61,767 nucleotides of DNA from Nitrospiraceae bacterium (GCA_002726235.1 PBSN01000001.1:1-61767), one strand, 5' to 3'; numbered from the stretch's first letter, positions 1 to 11,230 are shown. The notes: generated by a model not told the origin, from the sequence alone. Program-made: numbers and translations.

Positions 1-840
<840 letters not shown>

Positions 841-921
841 TTAACATTTACAAAAATACAAAAATCGGAACTTGTAAAAAAGTTCACGAGGGCCGCCACT
901 TCAAAACACCAAAATATTCTC

Positions 922-934
922 TTTTCAAAGACCA
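922..934 (-). promoter_or_regulatory. boxA-like rRNA antitermination element
   Basis: TGGTCTTTGAAAA on the minus strand between the promoter and the 16S 5' end; resembles boxA TGCTCTTTAACA. Confidence 0.55.
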
Positions 935-949
935 GAATTGCAACAGGGG

Positions 950-978
950 ATGCTACCGCATCGCACTATTACTGTCAA
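950..978 (-). promoter_or_regulatory. sigma70-type rRNA promoter
   Basis: TTGACA, 17-nt spacer, TAGCAT on the minus strand about 110 nt upstream of the 16S gene. Confidence 0.7.
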
Positions 979-1205
979 GAGGAACACATAGCCCCAAACC
1001 TACCACCTATCGTGCCAACAATAGCGTGTCATCGCCAAATAAAGATGCCAGTGAAGTGCCAGTTGTTGCTCAGTCTGCCTCGTAATCTAAGCACCTGAAC
1101 AGCACCTTTGACAGCAATGATGTCAACGGACCTAGAACACCACTTGCGATATTTTTACCCACCCTCCTCGAGGTCACGAGAGCGTAGATGGGTAGTAAAA
1201 AGTCA

Positions 1206-1391
1206 TTACCCAGTTTCTGGTCCACAGTCCATACCATTGCAATCGTTGCACATGTAGGCACCATCAATCCACTTCATCGGTTCATCACACATCGGGCAAT
1301 CTGGTGGAGGGAGAGATGCCGAACCCGCAAGAGAAGCTAGATCAAATTCTAGGTTCGGATCGAACAATTCATCATCACCGTCATGCACCAT
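1206..1391 (-). CDS. Small acidic zinc-ribbon-like protein (start uncertain)
   Basis: CPMC...CNDC pair in a ~60-aa ORF directly downstream of the BCCT gene. Confidence 0.5.
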   Translation of the reverse strand: MVHDGDDELFDPNLEFDLASLAGSASLPPPDCPMCDEPMKWIDGAYMCNDCNGMDCGPETG

Positions 1392-1427
1392 GGCACAGTA
1401 GCCCATTATCTGCAGCAAAAAAATCCA

Positions 1428-2954
1428 TCACTCGCCTTTCTCACATACCTCTTCACGTAACCCCATCAGGAGGCTCACACATAGCACCATAAGGACAATA
1501 GCAAATGGGAGGCCGCTAATAACTGAAGCAGTGCGTAAAGCGGCAAGTCCACCGCCAATGAGAAATCCCGCGGCCACGACGCTTCCCAATACCGCCCATA
1601 ACGTCCGTAACCCAACAGACGGGGTCTCCCGTCCTCCAGCAGTGATAATGCCTACAACATAAGCTCCAGAATCTGCCGAGGTCACAAAAAATATCACGAC
1701 AAGGATAATGCCTATCGCAGCACTCACTTCCGAAATTGGATACCTCTCCAAGAGAGCGAATAGTCCGAATGCAGCGTTTTCCATACTCACTGTTGCCAGA
1801 CCACCCTGACCAAACAATTCCTCATACAAGGCGGCATTTCCAAAGACTGTGATCCAAATGAGCGTCATAACAAACGGAACCGCAACAACTCCAAGCACAA
1901 ACTCTCGGATTGTTCGTCCACGAGAAATTCTGGCAATAAACATTCCAACAAATGGTGACCAGGCAATCCACCACGCCCAGAAAAAAATAGTCCAATCGTT
2001 TTGCCAACTAGTAGATTGATAGGCTTCGGTCCACAGACTTAACTGAGGCAAGTGATAAAAATACAAGCCAACATTTTGAACAAGCGAATTGAACAAGAAA
2101 AGTGTAGGGCCCGTGACAATGACAAAGAGCAGAAGAGTGCAGGCCAATCCAATATTAAATTCACTCAACCTTCTGATTCCCCGGTCCAATCCAAGCATAA
2201 CCGACACAATCGTGATGCAGGTAATTCCCGCAATGAGAACGACTTGAATTCCAAGCGACTCAGGAAAATCAAACATATAGCTAAGGCCTGCATTAATTTG
2301 CTGGACCCCGAATCCAAGAGATGTTGCAATCCCAAAGACTGTTGCGACAGCTGCGACAGTATCAATCAAATCGCCTACTGACCCATAAATCTTGTCACCA
2401 AGAAGAGGAAAAAAGACTGAACGAATCGTCAAGGGAAGGCCTCGATTAAAGGCAAAAAATGCAAGTGCCAGTCCAACCAATGCATAGATCCCCCAGGCAT
2501 GTACACCCCAGTGCAAAAGAGTAACACTCATTGCGAGTCTTGCCGCCTCAACGGTTTCACCTTGTCCCATCGGGGGGGAGACGTAATGATTGATAGGCTC
2601 TGCAACACTCCAAAATACCAAGCCAATCCCCATGCCCGCACTAAACAACATGGTGAACCATCCCCAATAGGTAAAATCCGGCGTTGCAGTGGGACCACCG
2701 ATGCGAATCGGCCCGTATTTGCTAAAATACAGATAAATAATCACACCCAAAAATAGATTGACGCTAAGCACAAAAAACCACCCGGCTACGTCTGAAATAA
2801 CACTCTGGATCTGTTCGAAAATGGGTTGTGCCTGAGTCATCGTAAACAACAGCAGGATAACCACACCGAGAATGATGGAGAGTGTGCCAAAAAAAACCTG
2901 AGAACGAAAAGGCCCAATCCACCTACCTAGCAGCATATACTTAGGGTCCGTCAT
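1428..2954 (-). CDS. BCCT family (glycine betaine/choline/carnitine) transporter
   Basis: About 12 TM segments; motifs MLFSAGMGIGLVFWSVAEP, HWGVHAWGIY and WTIFFWAWWIAWSPFVGMFIARISRGRTIREF. Confidence 0.95.
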   Translation of the reverse strand: MTDPKYMLLGRWIGPFRSQVFFGTLSIILGVVILLLFTMTQAQPIFEQIQSVISDVAGWFFVLSVNLFLGVIIYLYFSKYGPIRIGGPTATPDFTYWGWFTMLFSAGMGIGLVFWSVAEPINHYVSPPMGQGETVEAARLAMSVTLLHWGVHAWGIYALVGLALAFFAFNRGLPLTIRSVFFPLLGDKIYGSVGDLIDTVAAVATVFGIATSLGFGVQQINAGLSYMFDFPESLGIQVVLIAGITCITIVSVMLGLDRGIRRLSEFNIGLACTLLLFVIVTGPTLFLFNSLVQNVGLYFYHLPQLSLWTEAYQSTSWQNDWTIFFWAWWIAWSPFVGMFIARISRGRTIREFVLGVVAVPFVMTLIWITVFGNAALYEELFGQGGLATVSMENAAFGLFALLERYPISEVSAAIGIILVVIFFVTSADSGAYVVGIITAGGRETPSVGLRTLWAVLGSVVAAGFLIGGGLAALRTASVISGLPFAIVLMVLCVSLLMGLREEVCEKGE

Positions 2955-3045
2955 GAAATAATCGGCCCAACTGTCCAGACGATCAGTGTGAAACGGCCAA
3001 ACAAGGAATGCCGCCCGCGCATACGGGAATAAGCGGCACTAGCCT

Positions 3046-4692
3046 TTATGGTTTGCGGTAGGAAAGGATTCCCCAGGACAGATAGCCAGCATCGCCAGCA
3101 TCAACCCAGTGCTGAAGCCCAAGTTTCATACGCTCCAAGTATTCCTCGGTGCAGGTCTGAAGCAGTGTTGAATAATTGGGGGTTATCTCCTCACGCACTC
3201 GGGCGTAATGCGTTGGCAAATGTTCAGAGAGATCTAGTACTTCAATTTCCTCAAATCCCACAGATACGGCAATGCGACGGTAGGTTTGAATAGACCCGAG
3301 CGTATCAAGATGAATCCGGTCGAGAATCGGTTGAAGAACATCTGGTGGGCACGACTCACTTTGCATTGGATCGGTAAAAATAAACTGCCCACCTTTCGAC
3401 AAGACCCTAAAGACTTCGCCAAAGACCAGAGATCGGTTTGCGCTGTGCAAAATCGAGTCTTGCGACCAAACAATGTCAACAGACTCATCAGGAAGCGGAA
3501 TGGCCTCAAAGCTCCCGTCGACCACGTTAATCAACAAGTCAATGCCCTCAGCAGCATTGAGTTCACGATTACGCCGATTTTGGACCTCACTGAGGTTTAG
3601 GCAACTCACATGGCAACCATATGCCTTAGCGAGATAACGCGCCGCCCCTCCGTACCCAGAACCGATATCAAGCACTCGGGTCCGCTTATTAGCATCATTG
3701 AGCTTCGAAGCCATGTATTTCACCATTGCATGACTTGCCTCGACAATCGATCTGGTTCCATTGCTATAGAGCCCAATGTGAATATCTTGTCCACCCCAAA
3801 TTACGGAATAAAAATTGTCGGCGTCATCACTGTTATAGTACTCACGTGCTGCATTGACCACAGTTGAATACGTTGCCGACGGCTTCGGAAGCGGCTCCTC
3901 ATTTGCATACCTTTTTTCAGCGACATGAACGAAAAAATCAGGGTCTTCAATGTGGTAAGTCTCCTGAAAGTCTCCATAGGTATGTACCTGTTGAAAACCA
4001 ACCTCATGCATAAGTGTTCGAGTATATTGCTTGCGAAGTGGAAACATATTTAGGTGATACTTGGTTCCGTCTGGAAACACATAGCGGAAGCGGGCGAGCC
4101 CTTCGTCAACATACTCAGGTTCAGCTTTCACGTTCTCACCACAATAGTAGTAAATGTGTTTAGAGCTAAAGCCATGATCTAAAATCGCGTCATAATTACG
4201 CTGGTCCAAAATAAGGACGCCGTCATGGGTCAGCGCCGCATAGAACTCAGCAAGCGCCTTTCGTCGGTCATGTTCTGAAAAAAGATGCGTAAGAGAGTTG
4301 CCGAGACAGATAACAGCATCGTACTTCGTGTGGACATCCCGACTCAGCCAACGCCAATCTGCATGGATTGTCTGCAAAATAAACCCAGACTGTTTGGCAT
4401 TTGCAAAGGCCCGGGCTAGCATTTCAGGACTTCCATCCGCACTCACAACATCAAAGCCTGCTTGAAGAAGACGAACAGAGTGGAACCCCGTGCCGGTTGC
4501 AACGTCGAGAACACGTTTCACCCCACGTTCTTTGAGCAGTCGAATAAAAAAATCTCCTTCACTCGCTGCCCGCGCCTCCCAATTAATTAGATCGTCCCAG
4601 ACTTTTACAAAGTTATGGACATATTCTTCCTTATACAGATCTGTTTCCCGCTGCATTAGCGGGCTATCACCATAGTCTTGCTCAGTTTTCAT
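3046..4692 (-). CDS. Fused glycine/sarcosine N-methyltransferase and sarcosine/dimethylglycine N-methyltransferase (glycine betaine synthesis)
   Basis: Two class I SAM-MTase domains: N-terminal YKEEYVHNFV..WDDLINW..VLDVATGTGFHS (GSMT-like) and C-terminal YYNSDDADNFY..IWGGQDIHIGLY..VLDIGSGYGGAAR (SDMT-like). Confidence 0.9.
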   Translation of the reverse strand: MKTEQDYGDSPLMQRETDLYKEEYVHNFVKVWDDLINWEARAASEGDFFIRLLKERGVKRVLDVATGTGFHSVRLLQAGFDVVSADGSPEMLARAFANAKQSGFILQTIHADWRWLSRDVHTKYDAVICLGNSLTHLFSEHDRRKALAEFYAALTHDGVLILDQRNYDAILDHGFSSKHIYYYCGENVKAEPEYVDEGLARFRYVFPDGTKYHLNMFPLRKQYTRTLMHEVGFQQVHTYGDFQETYHIEDPDFFVHVAEKRYANEEPLPKPSATYSTVVNAAREYYNSDDADNFYSVIWGGQDIHIGLYSNGTRSIVEASHAMVKYMASKLNDANKRTRVLDIGSGYGGAARYLAKAYGCHVSCLNLSEVQNRRNRELNAAEGIDLLINVVDGSFEAIPLPDESVDIVWSQDSILHSANRSLVFGEVFRVLSKGGQFIFTDPMQSESCPPDVLQPILDRIHLDTLGSIQTYRRIAVSVGFEEIEVLDLSEHLPTHYARVREEITPNYSTLLQTCTEEYLERMKLGLQHWVDAGDAGYLSWGILSYRKP

Positions 4693-5348
4693 TGCCTAAA
4701 TCCTTAATCAGAGAAACGCCGCCGTTAAACTCCGCACAGGGGTCCACGAAAATACTCTAGAAGGGGTGACGCAACACTATCACAAGGAGCTCACTAAATC
4801 AAAGTCTCGACCATACATGAAGTTGATTGCTAAACGCGCCCTGTTTCTGTCCATTGAGGGTTAAAAAGCATCATGATCGGCAATACAAATCACGCCCTAG
4901 AACAGATTCGTCAATTATTTGACACAGCAGGAGAGATTGACCCAACCATTGAAGACAATGAAACACGCTATGTCTAGATCCTGAAAACACTCATTTTCTT
5001 CCAGTCCAGACAAACGCCGAGGTGGGACTGCTACTGGACTTTGCACGAAAGATCAGCGGCTATTCCAGATCCATGTCAAACGGGTGGGTACGCAATATCT
5101 CAAGCTCGGCCTTCCCAACGGCAACAACACATCGTAAAGCCCCCCAAGAAGCGCTGTNAGCATGCTTAGACACTCTTTGGAAAGACCGAATATCAGCTAG
5201 CGCCTGACCAACATCTCGACGTGACACCTGCATAACCTCCAGCACGGTCCCCCCTCCCAAGGCTACACCGGTAACCATCCTACCCGAGCACATATCCCAC
5301 GGTTTTTTACCCTACGCAAGCAGCGAATGACACCTTGCAGCATCGCAT

Positions 5349-5378
5349 TTGACAACTTTCAGTCGCAGCGTATACCGT
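5349..5378 (+). promoter_or_regulatory. Putative sigma70 promoter of tRNA-Gly
   Basis: TTGACA at 5349-5354 followed by TATACCGT just upstream of the tRNA. Confidence 0.5.
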
Positions 5379-5396
5379 ACTCGAAATGAAGCGCGG

Positions 5397-5471
5397 GCGG
5401 GTGTAGCGCAGTGGTAGCGCATCGGCTTCCCAAGCCGTGGGTCGCGGGTTCGAATCCCGTCACCCGCTCCA
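5397..5471 (+). tRNA. tRNA-Gly (CCC)
   Basis: Acceptor stem GCGGGTG/CACCCGC, anticodon loop TTCCCAA, T-loop GGTTCGAATCC, encoded CCA. Confidence 0.95.
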
Positions 5472-5556
5472 ATTTCAGAACCTCGACTTGCGCACTCATC
5501 ATTCGCCAAAAATGAGAACAACGACATCACGGAGTGATTGTTAAGGAGTGATTGTT

Positions 5557-6333
5557 ATGAAACATGCGTTGACAATAGTATTCGTGGTTGCATTTCTAAG
5601 TTTTCCCATTACTGGCTCCGCAGGCCCCCTCCATGATATGGCAGAGGAAGGCAACCTTGAAGCGGTGAAAAATCTCCTNTCCCAGGGTGTAAATGCGGAT
5701 ACCAAAGACGACGAGGGATGGACGGCACTTCACCATGCCGCATTTGTAGGATACGTGGATATTGTCAAGTTGCTTCTTGAGAAGAAAGCAACGGTTGATG
5801 TGAAGGACAAAACCGGCAATACCGCGTTATATCGCGCAGCGGAAGGAGGAAACAGTCAGATTGTGAAGACGCTCATCGCCAGCGGCGCAAATGTTCAATC
5901 AAATGACGAAAATGGAATCACCCCACTAACAATGGCTGCTGTCCAGGGATACGTTACGATTGCAGGACTATTCATTGAGAGCGGCGCGAATGTGAATGCC
6001 ACAGACAAGTTTGGCAACACCCCCTTAAGTTGGGTAGCGCACCAGGGCGAACTTCTTATGGCCAAATTCCTTATCTCAAAAGGCGCCAACGTCACATCGC
6101 GAGATACCCACGGCAATACCCCTCTGCACGTTGCCGTCGCAGCAAGAAAGAAAGGGATTGTCGAATTGTTGCTGACCCATGGAGCAGAGGTGAATGCCAC
6201 AATTCCTGATGGCCATACGGCACTCGACATCGCAAACGCACAAAATGATACCGCGCTTGCTGACTTTCTTACTCAACATGGAGCGAGGCGAGGAACCTCT
6301 GCAACATCGGAACATAATGCAAAAACACACTGA
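5557..6333 (+). CDS. Secreted ankyrin repeat protein
   Basis: Signal-peptide-like N-terminus; about 6-7 ankyrin repeats (GWTALHHAA, GNTALYRAA, GITPLTMAA, GNTPLHVAV); ATG after GGAG RBS. Confidence 0.93.
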   Translation: MKHALTIVFVVAFLSFPITGSAGPLHDMAEEGNLEAVKNLXSQGVNADTKDDEGWTALHHAAFVGYVDIVKLLLEKKATVDVKDKTGNTALYRAAEGGNSQIVKTLIASGANVQSNDENGITPLTMAAVQGYVTIAGLFIESGANVNATDKFGNTPLSWVAHQGELLMAKFLISKGANVTSRDTHGNTPLHVAVAARKKGIVELLLTHGAEVNATIPDGHTALDIANAQNDTALADFLTQHGARRGTSATSEHNAKTH

Positions 6334-6735
6334 AAAACAGAACGGTCTAAATTCGTCCTGAATCTTCAGAGGGAAACATTGCCTTCGCCTGCGGCTCTCG
6401 GAAAAACATTCGCCAACCAGTTGCACGCGACACATACACGCGTACACCACGTATAATAAAATACATGAGCATACTAACTGACCTAGAAAACGATCCAGGG
6501 TGCTCCTTCGAAAAAAAAATCAGGGCATACTTTCAGCTCATAATTGATATAACTCACACACTGAAAACGGTCAGTCGATCGGTGTGTACTCAACACTTCT
6601 AAGACTGTCATCGAATCTTGTAAAATTCCAATGCCTCCATCTACTACTGCAAATACAGATGAGTCCTGCAAAAAGATTGACCAATATCCGAATCACATGA
6701 TTATGTCTTTCCAAACCCCACTAACCCAGATGTAG

Positions 6736-7137
6736 ATGGTGAAGGCAAATATCACGAAATCTGATGAGGAGTGGAAAAAGGTGCTCTCCGCTGAGGAATA
6801 TCGGATACTTCGCGAAAGCGGGACAGAACGCGCCTATACAGGCATCTACTGGAACAATCATAAACCAGGACGATATATGTGCGCGGGATGTGGGTATGAG
6901 TTATTCACATCCGAAGCGAAATTTGATTCCGGGACCGGTTGGCCAAGCTTTGATGCGCCAATTGCTCCAAAACGCGTGGGAGAGAAAGAAGACACCAGTT
7001 TTCTGATTAAGCGAATCGAAGTGTTCTGCGAGCAGTGCAATAGTCACCTTGGGCACGTCTTCGGTGACGGGCCAACTCCAACGAGAAAGAGATACTGCAT
7101 CAATTCGGTAGCATTAAAATTCACTCCCACAACGTAA
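6736..7137 (+). CDS. msrB: Peptide methionine (R)-sulfoxide reductase MsrB
   Basis: GTERAYTG, KFDSGTGWPSF, HLGHVFGDGP, RYCINS and two CxxC zinc ligand pairs. Confidence 0.96.
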   Translation: MVKANITKSDEEWKKVLSAEEYRILRESGTERAYTGIYWNNHKPGRYMCAGCGYELFTSEAKFDSGTGWPSFDAPIAPKRVGEKEDTSFLIKRIEVFCEQCNSHLGHVFGDGPTPTRKRYCINSVALKFTPTT

Positions 7138-7142
7138 TCACC

Positions 7143-10100
7143 ATGCGAGTCGCCATTCGGCATCATCTTGTCAATATTCCAACGTGGGTAGTGCTATGCA
7201 TGCTATGCGTTCTGCCCTCTTCAATATGTGCTGGACAACCGATCCACCATGAGATTCACGTCCTCCTTAATCCAACGCAACACTTCCTAAAGGTCGAAAA
7301 CACCATTACATTTCCAAAACACATTCTGTCGAAAACGAAACGGCAACTAGACTTCTTGATCCACGGAGGCCTTCAACTTTCCACTCCAACAAAAGGGACA
7401 ACGCTTACTCGGAAACAAGGGCCACAAGCTGCAATTCCGCTGGACAACTACACACTGACTGTTCCTACTAATACACAGACCATTATTCTTCGATATGAAG
7501 GCGAAATTTACCACCCCCTAGTAGCGGAGGGAGAAGAATACGCGCGAAGTTTCACAGAGACGCCTGGCCTCATTTCCCCCAAAGGTATCTACCTTGCTGG
7601 ATCAACCGCTTGGTACCCCCAATTCAACAACCATCTAATGTCATTCACGATAGACATCGATCTGCCAGAAAATTGGAGCGCCATCAGTCAAGGAAAACGT
7701 ACAATATTCAATGACCAAAATAATCAGGTGCAAATTCGGTGGGAATCACCACAACCTCAAGATGAAATTTTTCTGATAGGTGGAACGTTTACCGAATATC
7801 GCAAACAGGCCGGTCCCGTTGAGATAATGGCATTCCTTCAAACACCGGACGCTGCGTTGGCAAATACCTATCTAACGACTACAGCGCAGTACTTGGAGAT
7901 GTATAACACTCTGCTTGGCCCATACCTCTATCCAAAATTTGCCCTCGTCGAAAATTTCTGGGAAACGGGGTATGGCATGCCCTCCTTCACTCTTCTTGGA
8001 CCAAAAGTGATCCGCTTTCCATTTATCCGCCATTCATCTTATCCCCACGAAATCCTCCACAATTGGTGGGGACGAGGTGTGTATGTGGATTTCCAATCAG
8101 GGAATTGGAGTGAAGGCCTCACCGCCTACCTTGCAGACCATCTGATCAAAGAACAACGTGGAACCGCAATCAATCATCGACGAAATGCCTTGCAGCAATA
8201 TGCAGATTATGTCGCGGACGCAAAAGACTTTCCTCTCACTGAATTTCGATCGCGTCATAGTGCAGTCACACAAGCAATCGGCTATGGAAAAACGTTGATG
8301 TTCTTTCACATGTTACGGCAGCAACTTGGAGATGAAGCCTTCGTTCTGGGGCTACGAACCTTCTATCAAGACAATACCTTTCGTCACGCGACATACGAAG
8401 ATCTCCAGCAGGCGTTCGAGCAAACCTCAAGACAAAATCTCAGTACGGAGTTTACACAATGGATCACCCGCCCAGGTGCACCCGTCCTTCGCGTGAGCAA
8501 CGTACACGTACAATCCAATGGCTCAACATATCGACTCACCGCCACCCTTGAACAAACACAACCTGGCCCACCATATACACTGCACATTCCCATTGCAGTC
8601 AGTTCCACAGAACAGACTCTTACCTACCAAACAACGGTGTCGATGAATGCTCTCCAGCACACAATTGATATCCGACTCCCCTTCCGCCCACTGCGCTTAC
8701 ACATTGATCCAGAATTTGACGTGTTCCGCCGATTAGATCGCAATGAGACTCCCCCGGCATTAACACAAGCGTTTGGCACCGAGAAGGTTAGCATTCTTCT
8801 CCCAAGCCAAGCTCCAAAACATCTACTCGCCGGATATCGCGAACTTGCCCAGTCATGGCAAGCCTCACAACCTGGGGCGGTCGATATCAGAATGGATAAC
8901 GCACTGACGACATTCCCACCGGATCACAGTATCTGGCTATTCGGATGGAACAATCGATTCCACCATCGGACAATTGCAACTCTAGCAAATTATGATGTCA
9001 CAATCGCAGAGTCGACTGTCCTTATTGGAAACAAAAAACTCTCCCGCGACACCCATTCTATCGTCCTCAGTGCACGTCGTTCCGACAATCCTGATCTTGC
9101 GCTAACGTGGGTTGCAACGAACAACGTGAATGCGCTACCAGGGCTCGGACGTAAATTGCCCCATTATGGAAAATACAGCTATCTAGGGTTTGATGGTGAT
9201 GAACCAACGAACATCGTCAAAGGACAATGGCCCATTGTCAACTCGCCAATGTCCATTGCCATTCAACATTTCGATGACCTACGCGAATCAGACCCAACAA
9301 TGCAATTGGCCCCTAGGCACGCATTGGCCACCCTGCCAGAGCTCATCTCCGAAGAGCGGATGGTCACAATGATTGCATGGCTTGCACACGAATCGTTACA
9401 AGGACGTGGGCTTGGAACACCCGAACTAGATCGCGTCACAAAGTTCTTAGCGAAAGAATTTCACAAATTTGGTCTCAAACCAACAGGCCCCAACGACAAT
9501 TACCTTCAAACCTGGCAGGAAGACGTGGAAAATCTTGGAACCAATGTCGAAATGCATAACGTGATTGGGATTATTCCTGGAACCAATGCAAACTTTGCCA
9601 ACCAAAGCGTCGTAGTTGGTGCGCACTATGATCATCTCGGCCTTGGATGGCCAGATGTTCATGCCGGAGATGAAGGTAAAATCCACCATGGTGCAGACGA
9701 TAATGCAAGCGGAGTTGCTGTGCTTTTAGAATTAGCGCGAATTTTAAGTCAAACTTTACAACCAGAGCGAACGGTTGTGTTTGTTGCGTTTACAGGAGAA
9801 GAAGATAGTTTGCGAGGGTCGCAATACTACGTCAAGCATACACAACAATTTCCAGCCGGTAAGGTTATGGGAATGGTCAATTTTGATACAGTCGGACGCC
9901 TTGAGAATAAACCACTTGCTGTGATTGGAACAGGGTCGGCTCGAGAATGGGTCCACGTATTTAGAGGTGCCGGATACATCTCTGGAGTGCCGATTGAGTT
10001 TGTGATACCTGACCTCGACTCAAGCGACCAGAAAAGCTTTCTAGACGCAGGCGTCCCCGCAGTTCAATTTTTCACGGGCCCCCACCTCGACTATCACCGA

Positions 10101-10529
10101 CCAACCGACACCGTTGACAAGATTGACTCTGCGGGACTTGTCAAAGTGGCCAAGGTAGCCAAGGAAGCAATCGAGTATCTCGCGAATCGACCAGATCCAT
10201 TAACTTCTACTCTCACATCAACAGGTCGGAATTCTTCAACACTGACAAAACAACGAGGTTCACGCAGAACAGTGAGCCTCGGGACCATCCCCGACTTTAC
10301 ATATCAGGAGACAGGCGTCAGGATCACCGGAACCACACCAAACTCGCCAGCAGAGACGGCAGGGCTTCAAGCTGATGATGTGATTGTGCAACTAGGAAAA
10401 ACAGCCATTGATGACTTGCGGTCACTGTCAAAAGCGCTGGAAATACTTCGACCCGGAGAAACGATTTCGATTACCTTTACTCGTAACGGAAGGCAGCACA
10501 NCACACAGACAACGGTTGTCGCGAGATAA
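7143..10529 (+). CDS. Secreted multidomain peptidase: M1 aminopeptidase-like, M28 and PDZ domains
   Basis: HEILH plus downstream WSEGL (M1/gluzincin); GAHYDHLG, GADDNASG, FTGEE and YHRPTD (M28); C-terminal PDZ (LGTIPD..SPAETAGL). Confidence 0.88.
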   Translation: MRVAIRHHLVNIPTWVVLCMLCVLPSSICAGQPIHHEIHVLLNPTQHFLKVENTITFPKHILSKTKRQLDFLIHGGLQLSTPTKGTTLTRKQGPQAAIPLDNYTLTVPTNTQTIILRYEGEIYHPLVAEGEEYARSFTETPGLISPKGIYLAGSTAWYPQFNNHLMSFTIDIDLPENWSAISQGKRTIFNDQNNQVQIRWESPQPQDEIFLIGGTFTEYRKQAGPVEIMAFLQTPDAALANTYLTTTAQYLEMYNTLLGPYLYPKFALVENFWETGYGMPSFTLLGPKVIRFPFIRHSSYPHEILHNWWGRGVYVDFQSGNWSEGLTAYLADHLIKEQRGTAINHRRNALQQYADYVADAKDFPLTEFRSRHSAVTQAIGYGKTLMFFHMLRQQLGDEAFVLGLRTFYQDNTFRHATYEDLQQAFEQTSRQNLSTEFTQWITRPGAPVLRVSNVHVQSNGSTYRLTATLEQTQPGPPYTLHIPIAVSSTEQTLTYQTTVSMNALQHTIDIRLPFRPLRLHIDPEFDVFRRLDRNETPPALTQAFGTEKVSILLPSQAPKHLLAGYRELAQSWQASQPGAVDIRMDNALTTFPPDHSIWLFGWNNRFHHRTIATLANYDVTIAESTVLIGNKKLSRDTHSIVLSARRSDNPDLALTWVATNNVNALPGLGRKLPHYGKYSYLGFDGDEPTNIVKGQWPIVNSPMSIAIQHFDDLRESDPTMQLAPRHALATLPELISEERMVTMIAWLAHESLQGRGLGTPELDRVTKFLAKEFHKFGLKPTGPNDNYLQTWQEDVENLGTNVEMHNVIGIIPGTNANFANQSVVVGAHYDHLGLGWPDVHAGDEGKIHHGADDNASGVAVLLELARILSQTLQPERTVVFVAFTGEEDSLRGSQYYVKHTQQFPAGKVMGMVNFDTVGRLENKPLAVIGTGSAREWVHVFRGAGYISGVPIEFVIPDLDSSDQKSFLDAGVPAVQFFTGPHLDYHRPTDTVDKIDSAGLVKVAKVAKEAIEYLANRPDPLTSTLTSTGRNSSTLTKQRGSRRTVSLGTIPDFTYQETGVRITGTTPNSPAETAGLQADDVIVQLGKTAIDDLRSLSKALEILRPGETISITFTRNGRQHXTQTTVVAR

Positions 10530-10543
10530 CACATGGAGGGGAA

Positions 10544-10855
10544 ATGGTACTTTGTGAGTTTTCAATGAGTCCGTTACAAAAAGGGGAGAGTGTTAGCAAA
10601 TACGTCGCACGATCATTAGACATTATCGTGAAAAGCGGAATCGATTATCGATTGAATCCAATGGGAACGATAGTCGAAGGCGAGTGGGATGAGGTCATGG
10701 AAGTCGTAACACGCTGTTTCAACCGCATGAAACAAGATTGCACTCGCGTGTCTGTGAGTATAAAAATTGACTATAGGAGGGGGAAGAAAGGCCGCATCGA
10801 ATCCAAGATAGCCAGCGTAGAGAAACACCTCAACCGCCCACTTAAAAAATCCTAG
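10544..10855 (+). CDS. MTH1187/YkoF family thiamine-binding protein
   Basis: ESVSKYVA..SGIDYRLNPMGTIVEGEWDEV..RVSVSIKIDYR. Confidence 0.9.
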   Translation: MVLCEFSMSPLQKGESVSKYVARSLDIIVKSGIDYRLNPMGTIVEGEWDEVMEVVTRCFNRMKQDCTRVSVSIKIDYRRGKKGRIESKIASVEKHLNRPLKKS

Positions 10856-10906
10856 ACTCGACACCTCTAACAGTCAGAGGCGCCGAGCTCGAGATGTCAG
10901 TTCGCG

Positions 10907-11230
10907 TTACCAGCGGTCACGCCGACCACCGCCACCGCCACCGCCACCGCCGCCGCCAAATCCACCGCCACCGGAGCGTGGCTCCTGAGGTCGTGCCTCG
11001 TTGACGGTCAAGGTACGGCCATCCATCTGCGTACCGTTCAACGCATCGATCGCAGTTTTCGCTTCGCTATCACTGGTCATCTCAACAAAACCGAAACCAC
11101 GTGACTGTCCAGTGTACTTATCTGTAATAATTCGAGCCGAATCTACTGATCCATGAGCCGTAAACAGCTCACTCAACTGCTCCTCGCTAGCAGAATATGG
11201 CAACCCACCGACATATATCTTCGAACCCAT
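10907..11230 (-). CDS. RNA-binding protein (single RRM with glycine-rich tail)
   Basis: RNP2 IYVGGL, RNP1 RGFGFVEM, poly-Gly C-terminus. Confidence 0.95.
   Translation of the reverse strand: MGSKIYVGGLPYSASEEQLSELFTAHGSVDSARIITDKYTGQSRGFGFVEMTSDSEAKTAIDALNGTQMDGRTLTVNEARPQEPRSGGGGFGGGGGGGGGGGRRDRW

Noticed and set aside
1108..1126. Palindrome TTGACA-N7-TGTCAA upstream of the rRNA promoter
   Set aside because: Only 6-bp arms, no matching -10 and no identifiable regulator
4693..5340. Possible glycine or SAM riboswitch upstream of the betaine methyltransferase, and ORF 5060-5293
   Set aside because: Only isolated fragments (GGAGAG on the wrong strand, TTTCAGG) with no complete aptamer; the ORF has no recognisable features
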